Shown here: positions 9,697 through 18,976 of the stretch, one piece after another
How positions within the stretch are numbered: the first letter of the stretch is position 1
Layout: each line of letters starts with the position of its first letter
IMG/VR virus record: IMGVR_UViG_3300028186_000155
DNA length: 64,000 nucleotides
Reading direction: 5' to 3' (one strand)
From: a virus
Taxonomy: Duplodnaviria > Caudoviricetes
Notes under the pieces: model-generated
What the model was told of the DNA's origin: nothing
What the model saw: only the letters and a program-made list of their open reading frames with translations
Databases searched by the model: none
Program-made: the position numbers and the translations under genes

Positions 9697-10670
9697 GGCA
9701 TGGTTCCATATGCGGCTTTGTATTTATCGGCGGTTTCTTCGTAGGTGTATTGCATCACCAGCACAGCATAGGCCGCCGACACGCGTTGTACGTCGATGCC
9801 TTCGGGCGTCAGCGCAATATATTGCTTCGTGTGGCCCATCATTTTTTCCTGCACTAGTCCGCAATTCATCATGCGGCGCAGGCAGCGGTTTGCGTTCACC
9901 CGCGACATGCCCACATTGCCAACCAAAATGCGGCGGCACGTCACACCGTTTTTGACAAGGTGCTGATGCAGCGTTTGGTGGCGGGTGTCGGAAACCGTGG
10001 CGTTCTTGTCCAGCGCTTCCAGCAGCTTTTCGATCAAGCGTTGGTTGCTTTGGCCGAACTCCAACGCATTTGCCAATTGCGCCACTGGCGGCACGTTTGG
10101 GGCCTCTTCGCGGGCGTCTTGTCGGGCGATCCGGTCGTCAACGGTTTCGGCTGCACGCTGCACCTTGTGTTGGTGCATGGGGTCCATTTCCGCGTCAATC
10201 TCGCGCTGCAAACGATTGTTGAGCACACGCCCATAGGCGGTCAGTTTTTTGAACTGTTCACGGGTAGCGCCGCCCCCGGTGTTCCCCGCCATCAGGTGGA
10301 TGAAAACGCGCAGGATTTCGAGCGCTTCTTTGAAATCCTGCTCCTGAATTTTATTCCACTCGTTTTTGATCGTGCGGTCGCCCAGTTCCTTGCGGCCCGC
10401 TTGGCGACGTTCGGCCTGTGCCGCTTTGTGGTGGTCGGCTTCGTATTCGTAGGTTTTTACGTGTGCCACGGTTTTGTGATCGGGCTTGCCGATAACTTTC
10501 TTGCTGGTGTACAGCCACACGATGGCCCCCGAATGGGCAGCATAAACAACACTAGCGATCCGCTGGCCGGTCGCAAGGTCCAGCAGGTCTACGCCAGTGT
10601 CATCGATGCACACCATTTGATTGGGGAACATTTGGCGAATGTCACGGCGATTCATGTTTGCCATTTTCAT
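9693..10670 (-). CDS. putative DNA-binding protein with C-terminal winged HTH
   Basis: GMSRVNANRCLRRMMNCGLV..YIALTPEG. Confidence 0.6.
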   Translation of the reverse strand: MKMANMNRRDIRQMFPNQMVCIDDTGVDLLDLATGQRIASVVYAAHSGAIVWLYTSKKVIGKPDHKTVAHVKTYEYEADHHKAAQAERRQAGRKELGDRTIKNEWNKIQEQDFKEALEILRVFIHLMAGNTGGGATREQFKKLTAYGRVLNNRLQREIDAEMDPMHQHKVQRAAETVDDRIARQDAREEAPNVPPVAQLANALEFGQSNQRLIEKLLEALDKNATVSDTRHQTLHQHLVKNGVTCRRILVGNVGMSRVNANRCLRRMMNCGLVQEKMMGHTKQYIALTPEGIDVQRVSAAYAVLVMQYTYEETADKYKAAYGTMP

Positions 10671-11092
10671 GCTGTGATTTCCTTTCGAGTGCGAGGTTTA
10701 GGCCAGACCATTTCAGGCAGGTCTTCCTCTAGCGGGCCGTCATAGATTGGGTTGGTTGCCTTGAGACTTTGGAGCTTGGCGAGCAATACGCGATTGGTGG
10801 TAAAGCGCATGCCTAGCGAGCGATACAAGGCGATTGCTGGCGCGTTGTCCGGGTAGACCAGCAAACGCATTTGTTGCTGTTCCCACATGCGCACGTGGCG
10901 CAGCAGGCGGCGCATAATCCCCTTGCGCCGATAGTTGTCGAAAGTCGAGACGCCGTGAATTGCGACGTAGCCGTCAAACTGCACGACTTCCAAATACGCG
11001 GCATAGGCGCCGTTGTACATCAGCCGGTACTCTTGAATCTGCGCAGATTCCTTACTCGGTATGCGCTCGATTTTGATTACGCAATTTTCCAT
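10667..11092 (-). CDS. GNAT-family acetyltransferase
   Basis: IHGVST..YRRKGIMRRLL (motif A), DNAPAIALYRSLGM (motif B); start refined to MENCV. Confidence 0.85.
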   Translation of the reverse strand: MENCVIKIERIPSKESAQIQEYRLMYNGAYAAYLEVVQFDGYVAIHGVSTFDNYRRKGIMRRLLRHVRMWEQQQMRLLVYPDNAPAIALYRSLGMRFTTNRVLLAKLQSLKATNPIYDGPLEEDLPEMVWPKPRTRKEITA

Positions 11093-11116
11093 TTTATTGC
11101 TCGCTGGTTTCACTCG

Positions 11117-11142
11117 GATACGCACCATTCTAGATGCGTATC
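11117..11142 (-). promoter_or_regulatory. intercistronic hairpin family copy H1
   Basis: GAUACGCAUC-UAGAAU-GGUGCGUAUC + UGAAAC. Confidence 0.7.
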
Positions 11143-11150
11143 GAAGTTAA

Positions 11151-11702
11151 TCAGCTTTCAGTTTTTACCATGACGATTGGCGTTGCGGGTTTCGGCACGA
11201 TACGGAAATCATGCGCGAATTGCTCACTGTGCATTTGGCCCAAGTAGAAGGCAGCGTGCAGCATGTTGCGCCCGTGGGTTTGGATATCGCCAGTGCGTGC
11301 CTCGGGCGTATCCGGGTCGAATGTGATTTCGAAACGGTAATCGGCGCCCGGATCATTCGGGTCATGGTCGTGGTTGATTTCGACCATTTCACGTACCGCA
11401 TTTTCCTGCTGTTCTGCCCAGCTATGAATGTCGTTCCAGCCCAGTTGCAGCAGCAGATAAACAGGCTCCACGAATTCAGCAGGCACCACGCTTTCTACGG
11501 CTTGACGCATGGTCAGCCGGTAGAACTGTTTGTGGTCAACCACGTTGAGGTAATAGTAGGGCTTGCCTTCCTCTTTTTCGCGCTCCCAATCGGCATCGCA
11601 TTTGGCTTGCGCTTTCTCGCTGGCTGCACGGTCGAAAGAGTCTTCGTGTGCTTTGGCAGCGGCACGGATGAATGCAGCGAATTGCAGTGCTTGAAGTTCC
11701 AT
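11151..11702 (-). CDS. hypothetical protein
   Basis: GAGGAAAAA RBS before MELQAL. Confidence 0.75.
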   Translation of the reverse strand: MELQALQFAAFIRAAAKAHEDSFDRAASEKAQAKCDADWEREKEEGKPYYYLNVVDHKQFYRLTMRQAVESVVPAEFVEPVYLLLQLGWNDIHSWAEQQENAVREMVEINHDHDPNDPGADYRFEITFDPDTPEARTGDIQTHGRNMLHAAFYLGQMHSEQFAHDFRIVPKPATPIVMVKTES

Positions 11703-11757
11703 CGTTTTTCCTCGGTTTTTCAAAATGGGTTAGGGCGCACTAGGCGCCCCACAGGTT

Positions 11758-12216
11758 TCAACGGTTAATGAAATGGCCGTTGGCATCGCACCGGCTGAAG
11801 ATGCTGGTTTTCTTGCCGTCGATTTCCACTTTCTGTTCCCGCATGACTTTGTGCGGGTCCAGTCCGTAAATGAAATTGTCTACGCGGAATTCGATACGCG
11901 ACCATGGCCGGGTGTTGTGTTCCTCCCACGCCACGATTGCATCCCGCAGGCTGGCGAAGTCATCGCTGTATTTGCAATTTTCTTCGTCGCCGTCCCAGTT
12001 GCCAGCTACAACGCCGTAGGGGAATGCACCTTTCGCGAATTCCTCCAGCGATTCTTTTGGAACCGCGTTCGCACGGTTCGCAAGATCGATCACACCTTTC
12101 AGGAATTCCGTCTCGGTCAAAACGCCCGATGCGTACTGCACCGACAATTCAGAAACTGCGTTGTTGGTTTCGCGGTTGAAAGTCAGGATGGTGATCAGCG
12201 CTTGTTTGTGGTCCAT
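11758..12216 (-). CDS. hypothetical early protein
   Basis: GAGGA RBS before MDHKQAL; first gene after promoter P1. Confidence 0.75.
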   Translation of the reverse strand: MDHKQALITILTFNRETNNAVSELSVQYASGVLTETEFLKGVIDLANRANAVPKESLEEFAKGAFPYGVVAGNWDGDEENCKYSDDFASLRDAIVAWEEHNTRPWSRIEFRVDNFIYGLDPHKVMREQKVEIDGKKTSIFSRCDANGHFINR

Positions 12217-12253
12217 GGTTCGATCCTCGTTGGGTCCAGAAAAGGGAAGCGTC

Positions 12254-12340
12254 AAACTTCCCTAAAAGTGTGAGCGTCTAACTTGCAGGCACAGTTGCCC
12301 GAAGAGGTTTCATTGTACCTATGGGCCGACGAACGGTCAA
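12254..12340 (-). promoter_or_regulatory. sigma70 promoter P1 with conserved leader
   Basis: TTGACC-17-TACAAT, hairpin, GACGCTCAC..TTAGGGAAGTTT. Confidence 0.85.
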
Positions 12341-12345
12341 CCGTC

Positions 12346-12786
12346 CTACAGCGGCCTCTTACAGCACGGGCAGCGCTCCACGCCCTTTACGGTGGTCCCT
12401 ATAGGCTTACGGCCTTTGTGCAGGAACAGGCCCACGCGGTGCGCCCCTGAATAGTCCACAGGCATGCCCGACACATAGGGAGCGCGCAGGGCAGCCAATG
12501 ACGCACGGGTGTTCGGTGTGGCGCCAAGGCCGGGGCCTAGTACCCGTGCTGAATCTTTATCAAGGCACAACGGGCCACGCGGTTTTTCTTCGTCTGGTTT
12601 CTTGCGGTGCCAGATTCCGCCTGCACGTTGTTTTGCGTCGTCGCGCAATTCTCGCAGAATGGTAGCGGCGCCGGGATAACCATCGCGCTCAAGTTCCTTA
12701 ATGCACACGGCCAAACGGCCTACAGTGATTTCTGAAACCAGTTCGTAGCCACCTTCGACCACGCGTTGAAAGAAATAACGGTCCAT
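12346..12786 (-). CDS. hypothetical protein, C-terminal CPCC
   Basis: start refined to MDRYFF. Confidence 0.7.
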   Translation of the reverse strand: MDRYFFQRVVEGGYELVSEITVGRLAVCIKELERDGYPGAATILRELRDDAKQRAGGIWHRKKPDEEKPRGPLCLDKDSARVLGPGLGATPNTRASLAALRAPYVSGMPVDYSGAHRVGLFLHKGRKPIGTTVKGVERCPCCKRPL

Positions 12787-12793
12787 ATATTTC

Positions 12794-13462
12794 CTATGCA
12801 GTTTTGAAAGCCAGATGATCTTTATCAACCCACACCCCGTGACGGGCAGCCAGATATTCAATCGTGTTGTGTTTGCCGTCGATCATCGACCGGGGATCTA
12901 CCACGACCACCGAATCAATCTCCGGTGCGTAGAATTCCACGGTTTTCAGCAGACGCGCCAGATCAAAACCGATCACCATTTCAGCGGCAGGCGTGCGCGG
13001 GTGCAGGAACAGAACCTGCTGGCGTGCCTGCCCAACCAGATACAGGCCGCGCAAATTACCGACCGTGATTTCCATGTCCTCGTTTATTTTCAGGTCGGGT
13101 TCATTTTTCACCATGGGCACCACACCCACGGTACGTCCATTGCGCAGGAACGCCGCCACGTAATCTAGCCAGCGCACATTATTGGTAATGTGGTTTTTGA
13201 TTCCGTGCCGGTAATTGAAACTGATATCAGGGTCGCGCAGCATCACGCCGTAATCCAGACGGTTTTTGAACGCGCCCCAAATCAGGGCTGGTGCATACAG
13301 CCAAATTCGCCAGCGTGGCAGGTGGTAAATCTTGGCGGCCTTGAGGTGGTAGTAAAAGCCGACCATGGCACCGAGGAACCACGGGATCTTTTTTGCCACC
13401 AGCAACAAACAGAAAAGGGCACACAACACCAACGGCGTGAGCACCCAAAAATTAATTGCCAT
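12794..13462 (-). CDS. putative membrane protein
   Basis: N-terminal TM segments; AGGAG RBS. Confidence 0.75.
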   Translation of the reverse strand: MAINFWVLTPLVLCALFCLLLVAKKIPWFLGAMVGFYYHLKAAKIYHLPRWRIWLYAPALIWGAFKNRLDYGVMLRDPDISFNYRHGIKNHITNNVRWLDYVAAFLRNGRTVGVVPMVKNEPDLKINEDMEITVGNLRGLYLVGQARQQVLFLHPRTPAAEMVIGFDLARLLKTVEFYAPEIDSVVVVDPRSMIDGKHNTIEYLAARHGVWVDKDHLAFKTA

Positions 13463-13473
13463 GGTTTTCTCCT

Positions 13474-13821
13474 TTAGGCCAAAACGTACACGCCGCTTTT
13501 GAGGATTTCGATAATGTGGCGGCGCTCCATTAGCGCAACGCCATTTTCGGTTTTTCGCAGGTGGTGGATGTACTGCTGATAAATCAGGTCAGGCACAGCC
13601 TTGACCACGAAATCGTCTGCACCGTCTTCCTCCAGTTCCTTGCACAGGCGCCGCACTTCCTCTTCGTACTCAAACTGGCGGCTGCTCAGAGTTTGCAGGT
13701 GCACTAGACTGGAACCGCTCTGGTAGTCGTGCACGAACACACATTCCACGCCGCCGACCAGCACGTGCTGCTGATCTACTAAATCATTTACAGTTTCGGG
13801 ATGGTCCAGAAGTTCGATCAT
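13474..13821 (-). CDS. hypothetical protein
   Basis: coupled ORF. Confidence 0.75.
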   Translation of the reverse strand: MIELLDHPETVNDLVDQQHVLVGGVECVFVHDYQSGSSLVHLQTLSSRQFEYEEEVRRLCKELEEDGADDFVVKAVPDLIYQQYIHHLRKTENGVALMERRHIIEILKSGVYVLA

Positions 13822-14003
13822 TTCTTAGGCCTCAGTTCACGCGCACGCTGCAAAAACGTATCGCGATCAATTTTGTATTCGTTGGCCGCCATGATGAACC
13901 CGTGACGGCGTGTGCGCAGGTAATGCCGGTGTGAATAAACGGCCCAGTGAATGCAGCCGTAATAATTGTGTTCCCTTACCCACTCAGGATCAGTTTTGTA
14001 CAT
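13818..14003 (-). CDS. hypothetical protein
   Basis: coupled small ORF. Confidence 0.65.
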   Translation of the reverse strand: MYKTDPEWVREHNYYGCIHWAVYSHRHYLRTRRHGFIMAANEYKIDRDTFLQRARELRPKK

Positions 14004-14241
14004 CGGTCGCCTTCCTTTTGAAGGGCCGTTCGTTATCCTGATTTTTGAACCAATCCATTAATTGCGATTTCGGGTAGCGATTGGCTCGCATGTTGGAGCC
14101 GAACCGCGATGTGATATTCGAGGCGCCCGGATCACGAATAGTCACCGGGCTTTTCGCCATGCGTTCGCGCAACGCCTTCACCGAGACGCCTGCATGTTCC
14201 GCCAGTTCCGCCAGACTCCAAATTGGTTCACGTGCTTTCAT
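13990..14241 (-). CDS. small HTH DNA-binding protein (excisionase/MerR-like)
   Basis: [32 protein letters not shown]; start refined to MKARE. Confidence 0.7.
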   Translation of the reverse strand: MKAREPIWSLAELAEHAGVSVKALRERMAKSPVTIRDPGASNITSRFGSNMRANRYPKSQLMDWFKNQDNERPFKRKATDVQN

Positions 14242-14245
14242 CTGC

Positions 14246-14614
14246 TTAGCCCTTCGTTGCTTGCTTGCGCGTCGAGTTTGCGCGGGTGAATTCTTTTTTG
14301 AAGCTCCAGCCGAAAACGCCCCACCAGTAGGCGCCACCAATCGACTCATTATCAAGGGTGCTGTTAATCAGGTGCCAGAACCACAGGTCAAACCAGAACG
14401 CACGCAGCAGCCTTTTGAAAGTTTTCCAGATCGGCACGCCAGCTTTCCAGTAGACGACGGTTTCCCACAGGCCATGCGACAACCCACGCGCCAGCGGCCT
14501 AGCTGCCAGCGCCAGCATGATAGGGAACACCACAAAGCCCGTGATGAAACAGGCAGCGATATACCAGTAGGGGAACAGGCCGAAAAAGTATTCTACAGTG
14601 AGATATTTTTCCAT
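14246..14614 (-). CDS. putative membrane protein
   Basis: hydrophobic, Trp-rich; GAGGA RBS before MEKYL. Confidence 0.7.
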   Translation of the reverse strand: MEKYLTVEYFFGLFPYWYIAACFITGFVVFPIMLALAARPLARGLSHGLWETVVYWKAGVPIWKTFKRLLRAFWFDLWFWHLINSTLDNESIGGAYWWGVFGWSFKKEFTRANSTRKQATKG

Positions 14615-14625
14615 GCGGGTAGTCC

Positions 14626-14841
14626 TCAGTAGGAAAGTTCGGTTTCGCCGTCGTCGGGGAAATACAGGTTGCGGGTGTGGTTGTAGCAGCAGGCACGCGC
14701 CCAAACATTTTCTTCGGGGAAGTCGCGGGCCTCCGGGTCGTCTTGGAAATTGATATCGTAGGACAGCGTATAATCGCCGTCCACCATTTCGAGGCTGGCA
14801 TAGGTGCTGCCAGTAATTTCGATTACCTTGAAGTCGAACAT
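14626..14841 (-). CDS. small acidic hypothetical protein
   Basis: GGAG RBS before MFDFKV. Confidence 0.65.
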   Translation of the reverse strand: MFDFKVIEITGSTYASLEMVDGDYTLSYDINFQDDPEARDFPEENVWARACCYNHTRNLYFPDDGETELSY

Positions 14842-14843
14842 AT

Positions 14844-15047
14844 TCACTCCGTCAGTGCTTGACACACAATGCAGCGTTGCGCCGTGGGGTGCGCCTTCAG
14901 CCGGGCGGCCCCTATAGGTTCGTCGCAGTCGATACAATCGGTGCGTGGTGGTCCTGCGAGCGATTTACGCGCCCGGTAAATTTCCAGCGCTATGGAATTT
15001 TCCATTTCCTTTTCCATGTCGCCGTCACGTGCCCAACCTACAGCCAT
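14844..15047 (-). CDS. TraR/DksA C4 zinc-finger protein
   Basis: MAVGWA.DG...CIDCDEPIGAARLKAHPTAQRCIVCQ. Confidence 0.9.
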   Translation of the reverse strand: MAVGWARDGDMEKEMENSIALEIYRARKSLAGPPRTDCIDCDEPIGAARLKAHPTAQRCIVCQALTE

Positions 15048-15070
15048 AATTTGTACTCCGGTGTTTCATC

Positions 15071-15100
15071 CTGTTGCGCACTCAAGAGAATGCGCAGCAG
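15071..15100 (-). promoter_or_regulatory. intercistronic hairpin family copy H2
   Basis: UGCGCAUUC-UCUU-GAGUGCGCA + UGAAAC. Confidence 0.65.
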
Positions 15101-15103
15101 TGA

Positions 15104-15415
15104 TTATTCCACAGCGGGCAAAGGATCAGGTTCGCGGTCGATGATGTACCAGCTAACTTCGTTGGCGGTCCATACAGTGCCGTCTTCAGAAGCCTGCAAT
15201 TTATTGTGCATTACCTCAGTCACCCAGCACGGGCGTGGCTCAGCCCCATTGGTGCGGCTGAATTCATCGCCTTGTTGGCTGTTGATTTCGGCGGCACGTT
15301 TGTAAAACGACGCTTCGTCTTTCGCCACCAGATAGCCGTCCGGGCGGTCGCCCCAGCCGCGTTCGAATTCGGTCACGCCGCGAAAGAACGCCGGGAATTT
15401 AACTTGCTCGGTCAT
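15104..15415 (-). CDS. hypothetical phage protein (EFERGWG.RPDG motif)
   Basis: AGGAG RBS. Confidence 0.8.
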   Translation of the reverse strand: MTEQVKFPAFFRGVTEFERGWGDRPDGYLVAKDEASFYKRAAEINSQQGDEFSRTNGAEPRPCWVTEVMHNKLQASEDGTVWTANEVSWYIIDREPDPLPAVE

Positions 15416-15424
15416 AATGTCTCC

Positions 15425-15748
15425 TTAATTTGGCCGGGCTTTGTTTTTTAGGTACTGCGCCATTTGCTGCGGATCGTTGTCGAGCAAAGCAGCGGTTTCA
15501 TCAAATTCCGCGTCCGACACGATAATGCCGCCTTCGGCTTCGAATTCAGCGCGGTTGCAAACGCCGTATTCATTACCACGGAATTTCAACAGGAACAGGC
15601 CGTGCGGCTTCAGCATGTCACGCAGCTTGGCGGCCACGTCTTCGACGGTTTCACCGCTAAGCATCGCGTCGTCAAAAGCGATGATGTATTTCCCCTGCTG
15701 GTCGTGCAGGTCTACCAGTTGATGCAGCAAATCTTCGCGGTCGATCAT
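15425..15748 (-). CDS. hypothetical protein
   Basis: GGAG RBS. Confidence 0.75.
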   Translation of the reverse strand: MIDREDLLHQLVDLHDQQGKYIIAFDDAMLSGETVEDVAAKLRDMLKPHGLFLLKFRGNEYGVCNRAEFEAEGGIIVSDAEFDETAALLDNDPQQMAQYLKNKARPN

Positions 15749-15752
15749 GTCG

Positions 15753-16088
15753 TTACTCCACTTTTACCCATGGGCGCAAAACGTAGCGCTCTTTCAAATA
15801 TTTCAGCCAGTCTTTAGCCGTGTCGCCACTGGCCAGAACCTCGCCGTTTTTCTCCAGCTTGAAACCAATGGTCGTGGTTCCAAGTTTGTGCGTGAATGAG
15901 GCGTGCCCAAACACTTCGGAATTTTGATACAGCAGGAAAACGACGGTCGTTGCATCCTGCTCGGTGTCGTAGTGGCTTTCGAGTGCCGCACCGTGCAATT
16001 TCGATACGTCGATAAAGTGGTTGCGCACCACCTGCGTCAGGTTGGCTATGCGTGATGCACGGGGGTGTTGCCGGTCGTGAATTTCCAT
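15753..16088 (-). CDS. hypothetical protein
   Basis: start refined to MEIHDR. Confidence 0.7.
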   Translation of the reverse strand: MEIHDRQHPRASRIANLTQVVRNHFIDVSKLHGAALESHYDTEQDATTVVFLLYQNSEVFGHASFTHKLGTTTIGFKLEKNGEVLASGDTAKDWLKYLKERYVLRPWVKVE

Positions 16089-16672
16089 CACTTCGCCTTT
16101 TTCTTTTTCCGTTTGCGGTTGCCGTGGCAATCCACAAGGCCCGCCAGTTGATCGTCGGCGTCCCGTGTATCGATGTTGAACGCTTCGAGCATTGCGCGGT
16201 TCATCACCTCGGGATAACCATCGACGTTTATTTCCATCGTCGGCTCTTCCGAGAACAGCGCAGATGCCACGATGGCTGAAACCTGATCCATCAGGAAATC
16301 AATCATGCCGTCGTTTTCGTCGTAGAGGACAGTGGCGCGTTGCTCTTCGTTCAATTCCGCGAACGTCGCCGGGAACTCAGGATAAAAGAATGGCGTATAG
16401 TTTTTCGCCACGTGATCTTGAGCCTGTTCAGGCGTCCATTTACTTTCGTAGAACGGCTGCCATGTGTTGTTGTGCAGCACCTGCACCGTGACGCCCACCG
16501 ATGCCACGATATCCACCGAAATGCGGACGTGTGGCTGGCCACCTTTCAGCAGGATAACGGCTAGGTCGCCATCACGTTTTACTTTGGTGCCGCACTCGCT
16601 GCGCAGGCCGCCGATGCAGGCCTCTGGAAATTTGTAAGGTTTCATTTGTTGTTCCTCGGGTGTCAGTTTCAT
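16088..16672 (-). CDS. hypothetical protein with basic C-terminal tail
   Basis: 194 aa; start may be MKPYK. Confidence 0.75.
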   Translation of the reverse strand: MKLTPEEQQMKPYKFPEACIGGLRSECGTKVKRDGDLAVILLKGGQPHVRISVDIVASVGVTVQVLHNNTWQPFYESKWTPEQAQDHVAKNYTPFFYPEFPATFAELNEEQRATVLYDENDGMIDFLMDQVSAIVASALFSEEPTMEINVDGYPEVMNRAMLEAFNIDTRDADDQLAGLVDCHGNRKRKKKKAK

Positions 16673-16677
16673 TGTGC

Positions 16678-16700
16678 CTGCGCACCAGCTAGATGCGCAG
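16678..16700 (-). promoter_or_regulatory. intercistronic hairpin family copy H3
   Basis: CUGCGCAUC-UAGCU-GGUGCGCAG + UGAAAC. Confidence 0.7.
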
Positions 16701-16713
16701 AACCAATTAGCTG

Positions 16714-16989
16714 TCAGTCTTCGACCGTTTCATCCGGGTGCAACAAGCCCTGCGATTTCAGAGCCTTTTTGAATTCGAGGAAGCCGATGCCATTCACGCA
16801 CTTGTCGCCGTGCACCATGGTGACGACGAAATAATCGCCTTCGTCCACGGTGAAAGTGCAGACCAGCTGATTTTTACCAGCGCGGCGCTCTTCTACGCTG
16901 TATAGTTGCACGTTCCCGAAGCTGTTGATCAGTGCCACGTGATTTACGTCAGCGAAAAGCGATTTAACGGTGTTTGTCATTTTCCACAT
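16714..16989 (-). CDS. hypothetical protein
   Basis: GAGGA RBS. Confidence 0.75.
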   Translation of the reverse strand: MWKMTNTVKSLFADVNHVALINSFGNVQLYSVEERRAGKNQLVCTFTVDEGDYFVVTMVHGDKCVNGIGFLEFKKALKSQGLLHPDETVED

Positions 16990-17025
16990 TTTTGAATCCT
17001 CGTTGGGTCGTCAGTTTTACCGTGC

Positions 17026-17049
17026 CTGCACACTCCTTAGAATGTGCAG
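17026..17049 (-). promoter_or_regulatory. intercistronic hairpin family copy H4
   Basis: CUGCACAUUC-UAAG-GAGUGUGCAG (compensatory change relative to H3). Confidence 0.7.
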
Positions 17050-17062
17050 AACCGATTAGCTG

Positions 17063-17491
17063 TTATTCGGAAATTACGCGCATGCCGTAATGGTCGCTGT
17101 TGCCTTTGCGGTAGAACTCAACGACGCGGCCATGCATGCGGATTTTCTGGCCGGGTTTCAGCAGCACCATTTCCCAGCGTGCGCGATTGTGGCCGACGAT
17201 GGAAGATGCGCAATTGTTCACCCAGTACAGTTCGTGCTTGCGCTCGGTGCATTGCGCTTCAGCCGCTACCGGGTCTTCGTTGTACTCCATCGCGTAATAG
17301 GCGCTGCAATTCGGCGCGACTTCAGGATACAGCGTGCCGTGGCGCATGGATTCTTTAGCCACGCAGAAACGCAGGCCGGGCTGGCCGATACCGTCACCCA
17401 TCGAACCGAAAGGCAGGTCGAGGATTTCTTGGTTCAGGTCTACAACGTCGAAAGCTGGAACGGATTTTACGAGGGTTTTGGTAGCGGTCAT
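17063..17491 (-). CDS. hypothetical protein
   Basis: AGGAG RBS. Confidence 0.8.
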   Translation of the reverse strand: MTATKTLVKSVPAFDVVDLNQEILDLPFGSMGDGIGQPGLRFCVAKESMRHGTLYPEVAPNCSAYYAMEYNEDPVAAEAQCTERKHELYWVNNCASSIVGHNRARWEMVLLKPGQKIRMHGRVVEFYRKGNSDHYGMRVISE

Positions 17492-17542
17492 TTTGTGGCT
17501 CCTGATAAGGATCGTTTTGGTTTGGTACAGCTTCGTTTCATA

Positions 17543-17564
17543 TGCGCACCGTTCTAGATGCGCA
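17543..17564 (-). promoter_or_regulatory. intercistronic hairpin family copy H5
   Basis: UGCGCAUC-UAGAAC-GGUGCGCA + UGAAAC. Confidence 0.7.
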
Positions 17565-17572
17565 GAAAAAAC

Positions 17573-17722
17573 TCACTGGTCAATCTTTGTGGCACCGCGT
17601 GGCTTCGGGGCGTTTTTCTTGCGGCGCCATTCAACGTAAACGAAGGCGCCCATGATTGCGAGAACCGAGGCCAGCACGGCGATTTCTTTAACGTGGCCGA
17701 TGGTAGTAGTTGCGTATTCCAT
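17573..17722 (-). CDS. 49-aa single-TM protein (MEYATTTIGHVKEIAVLASVLAIMGAFVYVEWRRKK...)
   Basis: hand-translated; AAGGA RBS; below ORF-track cutoff. Confidence 0.65.
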   Translation of the reverse strand: MEYATTTIGHVKEIAVLASVLAIMGAFVYVEWRRKKNAPKPRGATKIDQ

Positions 17723-17734
17723 TGTAGCGGTTCC

Positions 17735-17965
17735 TTATTTGGCGTTGGCGGTGATGTTGGACAGGGTAGCGGTGATGTTGTGCTGGTGCTGCTGGGGAAT
17801 GAAGGTTGCGATGATGCGGCCAATCTGGAAATCAGACTGCGCGCTGGCAATTGCTGCTGCCTCGCTTACTTCGATCACCGGGAAGGTCACGCGCTTGTTT
17901 GCAGTGGCCTTGGTTTCGGTGTTGGTGAAAGTGGCGGTGGCCGAGATTTCGAAAACGCGTTTCAT
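17735..17965 (-). CDS. hypothetical protein
   Basis: AGGAG RBS before MKRVFE. Confidence 0.7.
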   Translation of the reverse strand: MKRVFEISATATFTNTETKATANKRVTFPVIEVSEAAAIASAQSDFQIGRIIATFIPQQHQHNITATLSNITANAK

Positions 17966-18177
17966 TGTTGTTGCTCCTGAATTTTGTTGAGTAGGGTTTT
18001 GCCTTCGCTGATCCACTGATCCAGCGTCAGGTCGGTTAAGCGGCACACGGCGTCAACGCTGTGCGTCTCATAAACGTTGTTGGCCGGGTCGTCATACGTG
18101 AAATAGAAGTAACCCGAACCTTTGTACAGCGTCAGTTTATCCGAACCCAGCGCTTTAATGATTGTGGTGGTTCTCAT
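17962..18177 (-). CDS. hypothetical protein
   Basis: coupled ORF. Confidence 0.75.
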   Translation of the reverse strand: MRTTTIIKALGSDKLTLYKGSGYFYFTYDDPANNVYETHSVDAVCRLTDLTLDQWISEGKTLLNKIQEQQQ

Positions 18178-18326
18178 TTGCTGATCCCTTTGCGGAAGCG
18201 GCGGGCTGCGTCAGAAACCAGTTGTTCGCGTTCGGCTTCGGCTTTGCGGATATCGGAATCCCAATTCCAAGTGGCGGCTTTGGGGGCGTAAGCGGATTTG
18301 CGTTTGGCAGTCGATGCGTAGGCCAT
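18174..18326 (-). CDS. 50-aa early protein (MAYASTAKRKSAYAPKAATWNWDS...)
   Basis: hand-translated; directly after the P2 leader; ATGA overlap with next gene. Confidence 0.7.
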   Translation of the reverse strand: MAYASTAKRKSAYAPKAATWNWDSDIRKAEAEREQLVSDAARRFRKGISK

Positions 18327-18330
18327 TTTT

Positions 18331-18417
18331 AAACTTCCCTAATTGCGTGAGTGGGAGATTAGCGGGCAGCCAATCTCTAGGTGGCCCAAAGGTATCAAAG
18401 GCCTGTTAGGGAGTCAA
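18331..18417 (-). promoter_or_regulatory. sigma70 promoter P2 with conserved leader
   Basis: TTGACT-17-TACCTT (TGn extended), hairpin, CACTCACGCAATTAGGGAAGTTT. Confidence 0.8.
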
Positions 18418-18448
18418 CACCTTTCGTTTGGGCCAGTGGCTATGCCTC

Positions 18449-18478
18449 TGTACGCGCATACGCGCACGCATGCGTATA
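18449..18478. repeat. 30-bp perfect alternating purine-pyrimidine tract
   Basis: tgtacgcgcatacgcgcacgcatgcgtata. Confidence 0.85.
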
Positions 18479-18510
18479 AAGAAGCAGTGGCCAGCCCACC
18501 GGGCGCCAGA

Positions 18511-18550
18511 AACGCAAAAGGCCCCGCCAGCGCGAACTGGGGAGCCTTTA
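18511..18550 (-). terminator. intrinsic terminator
   Basis: AAGGCUCC..GGGGCCUUUU downstream of the paralog B cluster. Confidence 0.7.
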
Positions 18551-18553
18551 GGG

Positions 18554-18976
18554 TCAATCGGGATATGTGATGGTCCAGCGCCCAGCCTTGGAATCGAATT
18601 CAACCACACCCAGTCTCGGGGCAACGGTCGGTTTCGGCTCCTTACGTGGTTTCGGTATGTCCCACTCGTTGCGAATCTTCCCGTACTGGATTCGCGTGGC
18701 ATCGGGCTTAGCGCGGCTGCTTTCCAAAACGCGCACGTAATCTTTCAGGCGCATGTTTTCTGCCTTGAGGGAATACGCGTTCTGCTTGAATCCGCGCAGT
18801 GTCTCTTGTTGCTTGTGGTTGGCAATCTCCAGCTGTGAAACCCGGACGCTGTATTTGTGGCCCTCCTTTTCCGCTTCCAGAAATTTGCGGCGCCACACAA
18901 ACGACGACCACACCATAATGCCCAGCGCCACCAGCAGAATAATTACCGGCCATTGCCCATTCATGTTATGTGCCAC
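18554..18976 (-). CDS. TM + coiled-coil protein, paralog family B
   Basis: WSSFVWRRKF..GVVEFDSKAGRWTIT. Confidence 0.8.
   Translation of the reverse strand: MAHNMNGQWPVIILLVALGIMVWSSFVWRRKFLEAEKEGHKYSVRVSQLEIANHKQQETLRGFKQNAYSLKAENMRLKDYVRVLESSRAKPDATRIQYGKIRNEWDIPKPRKEPKPTVAPRLGVVEFDSKAGRWTITYPD

Noticed and set aside
13388-13394. Second in-phase A_AAA_AAG in the 12794..13462 gene
   Set aside because: The -1 frame gives only a short, featureless tail and no convincing stimulator was seen; probably chance Lys-Lys codons
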